A DNA stretch of 64,000 nt, from NCBI GenBank assembly GCA_951406725.2, contig OX597837.1, positions 35,836,001-35,900,000 on the forward strand, written 5' to 3'. The notes under the pieces are model-generated. The model was not told where the DNA came from and ran no database searches. It saw nothing but the letters and a program-made list of their open reading frames with translations. The first letter of the stretch is position 1, and every line of letters starts with the position of its first letter. Source of the stretch: Octopus vulgaris (Eukaryota). The position numbers and the translations under genes are program-made. Positions 56,241 to 64,000 of this stretch are shown in pieces.

Positions 56241-56323
56241 AATTCTTGGGAGTAATGAGGACTCATTAGCCATAATTAAAATTATATGTGTGTGTGTGTG
56301 AGTGGAGGCGCGTGGCTTAGTGG

Positions 56324-56486
56324 TTAGGGTGTCAGCACCAAGATCGTAAGATTGTGGTTTCGATTCCTGGACCAGGCGACGTCTTGTGTCCTTGAGCAAA
56401 ACACTTCATTTCACGTTGCTCCAGTCTATTCAGCTGGCAAAAATGAGTAACGCTGCGATGGACTGGTGCCCGTCCAGCTGGGGAAA
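56324..56486 (+). mobile_element. SINE family D-related
   Basis: tRNA-like head plus GTGTCCTTGAGCAA; a short inverted head fragment lies at 55575-55621. Confidence 0.8.
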
Positions 56487-57446
56487 GGATATTAACTTAT
56501 TTTATTGCATTTGTTTTATACTTTTTATTTATAATTGTATTCGCCATATAAATAGATCCAATAAACCTTTTGAATTCAAAGAATCTATGATTTTCTTCCT
56601 TTCAAAAGAGTAACGTCGTCGCAAATAAATATTTTTTGGGGTAATTGCTTTAAAAAGTTTCCCGACCCCTACTCCAAATAAAGCTGGCCAGGTGGGTGTT
56701 TCTAAAGGAAAAAAAAGCCCAAACAGGAAAGGATATATTGGACAAGATGTTGAAAAGATTTCAGCTACGACCATCAGAGCTGAAACGCCCTCAATCAGGG
56801 TTTCTTTTTCTTTTGACTAGGTTCGGGCGTATCGTATTAACGGGAGTAAAATCAACGATTCACTAACTCCAGGTTACGAATTCCATCGTTACGCAATAAG
56901 GAAACAAAATAACAACCCAGAAAAAAGACGTGAACCAACGAGAAACTCGTAAAAAGAACGATTTGAATGATTTACTGTTTCCATCTTGTTATTTCACTTG
57001 ATAAAACAGTCATTACAAAATATTATCCGATTAATTTCGTTAGATTAGGGTCTTTCCTTATTTTCTTTCGTTCTTGCATGGCGTGTGTGTACGTGTATGT
57101 GTTGTGTGTACGTCGGGTCTTTAATTTCTGCTCGTCGTTTTAAAAAACCTTAACCAAAACTACTAAAGCTATTAATTAAAATGATTTATTCGATATGTCA
57201 CAAATTATTGACGAGATATAAAAAGTGTAATAGAGATAATTTCAAAGATTACATCTTTTTTTTTTTGTATGTATGGATGTGTCGTTTTTCGTTTTCCGTT
57301 TTTAGAAGTGTATAGTTTTTGGTTCGTTCACCGGAAAATTCAATTTCAATTTATTTTATTTCAGTTTTATTATTTTTTCCTTCCCCCCCCACCTCTGACG
57401 AAGTTTTAGGTTAAATATTCTCTTCTCCCATATACATACGTGTGTG

Positions 57447-57815
57447 GAGGCGCAATGGCCCAGTGGTTAGGGCAGCGGACTCGCGGTCGTAGGATTGCGG
57501 TTTCGATTCCCAGACCGGGCATTGTGAGTGTTTATTGAGCGAAAACACCTAAAGCTCCACGATGCTCCGGCAGGGGGTGGAGGCAACCCCTGTTGTACTC
57601 TTTCACCACAACTTTCTCTCACCCTTTCTCCCTGTTTCTGTTGTACCTGTATTTCAAAGGGCCGGCCTTGTCACACTCTGTGTCACGCTGAATATCCCCG
57701 AGAACTACGTTAAGGGTACATGTGTCTGTGGAGTGCTCAGCCACTTACACGTTAATTTCACGAGCAGGCTGTTCCGTTAATGGGACCCTCATCGTCGTAA
57801 CCGACGGAGTGCTCC
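57447..57815 (+). mobile_element. SINE family C
   Basis: tRNA-Arg-like head followed by about 300 bp of body. Confidence 0.85.
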
Positions 57816-57861
57816 TATACATACGTGTGTGTGAGTGTATGCGCGCCCGCGTTTAACGTAT

Positions 57862-58697
57862 CTCTTTACTCTTTTACATGTTTCAGTCATGTGACTGCGG
57901 CCGTGCTGGAGCACCGCCTTTAGTCGAGCAAATCGACCCCGGGACTTATTCTTTGTAAGCCCAAGTACTTATTCTATCGGTCTCTTTTGCCGAACCGCTA
58001 AGTGACGGGGACGTAAACACACCAGCATCGGCATTGGTCGGGGCTATAGCAGAAGACACTTGCCCAAGATGCCACGCAGTGGGACTGAACCCGGAACCAT
58101 GTGGTTGGTTAGCTAGCTACTTACCACACAACCACCGCTGCGCCTATATCTCTTTATATATGTGTATATATATGTGTGCACATGAAAATATATATACGTA
58201 TATACTTTTTCTTTTCTTTTTTTTTGTGATTTCAGTCAACAGATTGCGGCCATGCTGGAGTACCGCCTTAAAAACAATCTATTCAGCGCACATACGACTC
58301 CGCTAATTCGCCAGCGTGTACGTTTGTACATCCATACATAAATACATACGTATGTATGGGCGTGTATATATCGATATATATGTATTGTCCCCTCTATGTG
58401 CGCCTTTAATAGGCAATAAAAAAGACCCCTATCTCTCTCTCTATATATATATATGTGTGTGTGTGTGTGCATATATACTCTCTCTTTTACTTTTTTACTT
58501 GTTTCAGTCATTTGACTGCGGCCATGCTGGAGCACCGCCTTTTAATCGAGCAACTCGACCCCGGGACTTATTCTTTGTAAGCCCAGTACTTATTCTATCG
58601 GTCTCTTTTGCCGAACCGCTAAGTGACAGGGACGTAAACACACCAGCATCGGTTGTCAAGCGATGCTAGGGGGACAAACACAGACACACAAACATAT

Positions 58698-58771
<74 letters not shown>

Positions 58772-58921
58772 GACAGGCTTCTTTCAGTTTCCGTCTACCA
58801 AATCCACTCACAAGGCTTTGGTCGGCCCGAGGCTATAGCAGAAGACACTTGCCCAAGATGCCACGCAGTGGGACTGAACCCGGAACCATGTGGTTGGTTA
58901 GCAAGCTACTTACCACACAGC
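57862..58921 (-). mobile_element. Two family A SINEs (57862-58145 lacking the microsatellite core; 58482-58921 full)
   Basis: Shared family motifs. Confidence 0.9.
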
Positions 58922-58928
58922 GTCTCCA

Positions 58929-58972
<44 letters not shown>

Positions 58973-59435
58973 GTACATTGTGAGTGCGTCTGCATGGCAA
59001 CAGCCTAGATGAAATGCATAAATAAATACACACGCGCACGTATGCGTATATGCGCGCGCACAGTAATACCTCGTTTAACGCCATCTCGTTTAACGTCGAT
59101 TCGCTCTTTTTTCGAGAAGGCCATTTCTACTATAACATGCAAGCAAGCATGTTCGTACATATTCCAACACAAAACCAAATTATTCTCAGGGTTTTTTTTT
59201 TTTATTTGTTTTAAATCAGTTTAAAGTGGAAAACAACCTCCAGCTTCATGTAGTAAAAATTTCTTTTATTTACCGTGGAAAAAGCGAAAAACTTGATGTC
59301 GAACTTCGTATGTTGACGAGAAAATAGCGAACATCAAACACACCTGTTGGGTAAATTGTGGGTAAGTCTTTGTGGTTTTATTAATTAAAACGTCACGGTC
59401 TGTGACTCTTGTTGCTCCCTCCCACATTCTCGATG

Positions 59436-59573
59436 CGGCTTTGCCTTTCATCCTTTCGGGGTCGATAAATTAAGTACCAGTTACGCACTGGGGTCGATGT
59501 AATCGACTTAATACCTATGTCTGTCCTTGTTTGTCCCCTCTATGTTTAGCCCCTTGTGGGTAATAAAGAAATA
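59436..59573 (+). mobile_element. SINE family B 3' half
   Basis: GCCTTTCATCCTTTCGGGGTCGATAAATTAAGTACCAG core. Confidence 0.88.
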
Positions 59574-60013
59574 GGTAAATGGAGGGTCACTGCTTTCGTA
59601 GCTGAACAGAACAACCCCACCTGAAGTATCACGACCTTGCAGGGAAATATCTCTTTCAACCTGTGGCGTTTGAGATGTTTAGAGGGACTGGGCCACTAAT
59701 CGCGAAATTCTTGTTCATCGTTGGCAGCCTCCCGGTGCGTCAGGTGATGCCCGTGGGGGTACTTGGCTGTTCTAGCGCCTTAACTTCGCCATCGCCCGTT
59801 GCAATGCCGCGCGCGTGTTGGCGTGTTTCAGGAGGTTCCGTTGAACCTTGTGGTGTGCGACCAATTGAGGCACTTGGTGTTGCATTGATGTCTTTCTTTC
59901 TTTCTTTCTTTCTTTCCCCCTTTTTTTGTTTGTTTGTCTTTCTTTTGTACAATATATCCATCATGGCGAAGGGAAAGAATACACACACGTGTTATGTATG
60001 TAATAAAATTTGT

Positions 60014-60345
60014 CATCATCATCATCATCATCATCGTTTAACGTCCGCTTTCCATGCTAGCATGGGTTAGACGGTTCAAGTGGGGTCTGGGAAGCCCGAA
60101 GGCTGCACCAGGCTCCAATCTGATCTGGCAGAGTTTCTACAGCTGGATGCCCTTCCTAATGCCAACCACTCCGTGAGTGTAGTGGGTGCTTTTTACGTGC
60201 CACCGGCACGGAGGCCAGGCGAAGCTGGCAACGGCCACGATCGGATGGTGTTTGTTACGTGCCACCGGCACAGAGGCCAGTCGATGCGGCGCTGGCTACG
60301 GCCACGTTCGGATGGTTCTCTTACGTCCCACCGGCACTGGTATCA
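60014..60345 (-). mobile_element. SINE family E
   Basis: Matches the reverse complement of 16424-16722. Confidence 0.85.
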
Positions 60346-60443
60346 TAACTACAAATTCCATTGATGTAATAAAATTTGTATAGAAGATAAAAAGAAATGC
60401 TTCGCTTGGTAAGGCTGGGGTCATTCCCAGTTTGTTCCAGGAG

Positions 60444-60602
60444 GAGGGCCGACCCTAGGGTTGCTGGTGCCCCGGGCAAGATATACTTCGGCGTGTACAA
60501 ACTGACGGTCATGGAAATTTCTTTGTCATGCCCTCCTTGGTGCTCCCTAGCACATGGCACCCTGGGCGACGTCTGAGTTGTCAGTAATTTGAGCTGGCCC
60601 TG
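60444..60602. mobile_element. hAT-like MITE (same family as 34276-34442)
   Basis: Colinear sequence; flanks TCCAGGAG/CCCAGAAG. Confidence 0.8.
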
Positions 60603-60609
60603 CCCAGAA

Positions 60610-60890
60610 GGGACACCTTCCATTGAGCAGACCAGGTCCGCCAGTGCTCACCACTGGTGGGCCTGTGCGATCCCCTCTATATCCCTGGAGGGGACGTCGA
60701 GTCTCTGGAGATCCTCCCCATCATATCCAGCCATCTGATGTGGGGTGGGGTCCTACCACGAGGCCTCTTCCAGCCTGCAGCTGCTGTGTCAAATGAGAGT
60801 AGAGCCCTGGTAGAAGGATCTAATGTGGGGACGGAGGACATGTCCATACCAGTGCATGGGTGGGAAGCGGCAGGCTGATGTGTGCACACA
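60610..60890 (-). mobile_element. RTE-like LINE C-terminal remnant
   Basis: GWKRPRGR..RWLD motif. Confidence 0.65.
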
Positions 60891-61004
60891 TGGACTTCTT
60901 TGTTGGAATAATAGGAAAAGAATGAGCCCTTCTTTCAGCACGGGAGCCCTGTTGTTTTCAGGGGGAAAAAAAACAAGAAAAAAAAAAAACGGGAGAGTAT
61001 ATCT

Positions 61005-61216
61005 TTTATCTTGTTTCAGTCATTTGACTGTGGCCATACTGGAGCTACACCATGAGGAGTTTTAGTCAAACAAATTGACCCCAGGACTTATTCTTTGTTA
61101 GCATAGTACTTATTCTATCATTCTCTTTTGCTGAACTGTTAAATTATGGGGACGTAAAAGACCAACACCAGTTGTCAAGTAGTGATGGGGGAATTAACAC
61201 AGATACAAAAATACAC

Positions 61217-61259
<43 letters not shown>

Positions 61260-61695
61260 ATATATATGACGGGCTTTCAGTTTCCATCTGCCATATCCAC
61301 TCAACAAGGTTTTGGTTGGCTAGAGGCTATAGAAGACACTTGTCCAAGGTACCACGCAGTGGGACTGAACCTGGAACCATGTGGTTGTTGTTTATTTGTT
61401 TTTTATTTAAGTCTGATTCTTATTTTATCAGTCTCTTTTGCTGAACCTCTATTTTTACATGGAGGTAAACAAAGCAACATGAATTACCAAGCCATGACTA
61501 AGGGGACAGGCACACACACTCACACTCATATACATGACAGGTTTCCACACAGTTTCCATCTACCAGATCCACAAAGTATTGGCCATCCCAGGGCTGCAGT
61601 AAAAGATACAAGCCCAAGATCTGGTGCATTGGGTTTGAACCTGAAGCCACTTGATTGCAAAAAGCGAGTTTCTTAATCACACAGCCATGCCTATG
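61005..61695 (-). mobile_element. Two diverged family A SINEs
   Basis: Family motifs with heavy CpG loss. Confidence 0.75.
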
Positions 61696-61753
61696 AAAAA
61701 AGCAGTAAATCGAAAGGTCTGCTTGCTCTAAGAGATGTACGACAAATCTTGAA

Positions 61754-62754
61754 CCCTTTCGTTACTGTATTTATTTTGAGATGCTTTGTGTTTCTTTCAA
61801 TTACTTTAAATGTAACAAAGAATTTAGTAAAATAACTTTGTTATCATTCAGCTAGTGTTAGGAACATAAATTGTGACTAAGGTTTGGTGGAAGATTTGAA
61901 TTCAAAACTTATGAAAACAAGACATTTGTACTACAAAGCCAGAGGTGGTTTCAGCAGGGTTGGTAACGAAAGGGTTAAGAGAAGCTATTTAAGAAAGAAA
62001 GAAAGAATGATTTTATTACTGCTGAGGTCATCTTCACCTTTCATATTTTCAGCATCAATACTAATGGGACCTGTGGAAATTCCACAGAGTGAAAAAGATT
62101 AACCCTTTCGTTACTATATTTCTGTTGAGATACTCTGTGTTTCTTTCACTTACTTTAAATATAACAAAGAATTTAGTAAAATAACTTAGTTTCCTTTCAG
62201 CTAGTGTTGGGAACATAAATTGGGACTAAGGTTTGGTGGAAGATTTTAATTCAAAACTTATGGAAACAAGACATTTGTACTACAGAGCCAAAGGTGGTTG
62301 CAGCCAGGATGGTAACGAAAGGGTTAAGAATTGTTTCTCTATTATATATTTTAACCTTTTTGTTACCATATTTCTGTTGAGATGCTCTGTGTTTCTTTCA
62401 ATTAATTTTAAATATAACAAAGAATTTAGTAAAATAACTTAGTTTCCTTTCAGCTAGTGTTGGGAACATAAATTGGGACTAAGGTTTGGTGGAAGATTTT
62501 AATTCAAAACTTATGGAAACAAGACATTTCTACTATTTTGTTACCATATTTCTGTTGAGATGCTCTGTGTTTCTTTCGATTAATTTTAAATATAACAAAG
62601 GATTTAGTAAAATAACTTAGTTATCATTAAACTAGTGTTAGGAACCTAAATTGTGACTAAGGTTTGGTGGAAGATTTTAATTCAAAACTTATGGAAACAA
62701 GACATTTCTACTACAAAACCAGAACTAGTTTCAGCCAGGTTGGTAGCGAAAGGG
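61754..62754. mobile_element. Three piggyBac-type MITEs of one family (61754-61974, 62103-62323, 62355-62754)
   Basis: TTAA|CCCTTTCGTTAC...GTAACGAAAGGG|TTAA (the first copy has TGAA on its left). 221-bp monomer; the third copy has an internal duplication of about 178 bp. Confidence 0.92.
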
Positions 62755-63817
62755 TTAAACATGGTTAATAATGTAATCATAGGTTGACATTCCAATGTGT
62801 TATATTACACCATGTGGAAGGTGGCGAGAACCATGTGGTGGGGAAACAAGCTTCTTACCACACAGCTACAACCCTGGCCAAAATTTCATTAAATGCTATG
62901 CACTATTAAGGAAGTTATGAGGGAGCCAAATTGGGCAGGTGGAGTGGGGGAGGGGGGGAGACATGGAATTATAGCAGCTATACCCAAATTCAATTTTGTT
63001 CTATTCGAATCTTTTTATCAATTAGGGAGTTTTCATAGCACCCAATAAGACCCTTCAAGGGTCTCTTATATTAGATAATACAAAGACTCTAAAATAAAAG
63101 CATTCATGATGCTGGCAAAGTTACTGAAAAAGAATGTGAAGCGCCAGTTCCTTCCGTATTTGAAGAACTTTTTCGGTGCCCATAAGGCATGCTGTATAAA
63201 CAAGAAGATACCATAGAATTAGGTCCCCTCTCCCCATAACTTAGCAGTTCAGCAAAATAAGCCAATAAAATATGTATCAGGCTTTAAAATAAAGAAAAAA
63301 TGTACTGGGTTTAATTTGTTTGATTAAAACTCTTCAAGACACTGCTCCAGTATGGCCGTAGTCCAATGACTGAAACAAGCGAAAGAATAAAAGACCACAT
63401 TCTGGAATTCTTCCCTCCCCACCACCCTTCTTCTTTTTCACCCCCCTCCGACATTTTCTCTGTTCACTTGCAAATAATGAAAACATTTCGAGGGTACAAT
63501 CTCTCAGAATGGAGTATATGTGTGTGTAGAGGCTGTTGTTGCCAAATTTCCTGATGGCGTTGGCAACCGAGATGAAATGTCTTCAAGACAAAATTAGATT
63601 TAGTGAGGAGTGAATTCCACTGAATTTTTGGAAATGAAGCAGAGAAGCTGAATGCTTGAAGTGAATTAGAAAAATACTGGAGAATTGCAACATTTAAACT
63701 AAATACGCACCTCGTAAATATAATGGAATTTAGATGAAGAATATACAAAGTGATGCAGCGATTGCAGTGTGTGGAGATGTTGACTAGAAAGGATACGGAA
63801 TTGTGTATGCAATGAGT

Positions 63818-64000
63818 GGATAGATAGACACTTTGTGTACACGTTGGCCAGATAGATACTGTGTGTAAATGTTGGATGGGTAGATAGACACAGTGTGTAC
63901 ATGTTGACCTGACAGATAGACACAGTGTGTACATATTGACCAGACAGATAGACACTGTGTGTACACGAACAGACAGATAGACACTGTGTGTACACGTTGA
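63818..64000. repeat. Minisatellite of about 28-32 bp (GATAGACACWGTGTGTACAYGTTG)
   Basis: About 6 units running off the window end. Confidence 0.85.

Noticed and set aside
57447-57520. tRNA-Arg gene (also 19081 and 56324)
   Set aside because: The tRNA-like heads lack a clean acceptor stem and terminator and continue into shared SINE bodies.
59061-59105. Complete pogo/Tigger-like element
   Set aside because: Only one TIR-like end (CAGTAATACCTCGTTTAACG) was seen, with no partner end or transposase.
59600-59990. GC-rich ORFs as a host exon
   Set aside because: No polypyrimidine acceptor on the relevant strand and no recognisable motif; possibly a retroelement remnant.

Overview
Repeat-saturated animal (eukaryotic) genomic DNA, most likely from an octopus or related coleoid cephalopod. 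This is an inference from the dense tRNA-derived SINE families and the very long (TA)n, (CA)n, (ACAT)n, (TATC)n and (CAT)n microsatellites. There is no prokaryotic gene content, CRISPR array, rRNA or intact tRNA, and nearly all ORF-track entries are microsatellite or SINE artefacts. The only well-supported host coding sequence is a short, probably terminal + strand exon at 8212-8371, likely followed by a multi-kb U-rich 3' UTR. The rest is five SINE families; decayed mariner, RTE, CR1/L2, R4-like and Penelope elements; piggyBac-, hAT- and mariner-type MITEs; a Helitron; and minisatellites. The most notable structures are: head-to-head type I hammerhead-ribozyme palindromes (13607-13795, 15313-15487) and a dispersed minimal-hammerhead repeat; TTAA MITEs amplifying their own interiors into tandem arrays (7007-7947, 62355-62754); a TIR family carrying TTAGGG repeats (33750-34185, 36555-37230); an RTE LINE with a twin-priming-type inversion (43771-45680); and a 46-bp array with an inverted GATA pair in every unit. 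All coordinates were read by eye and no searches were run; SINE family letters A-E are my own labels.
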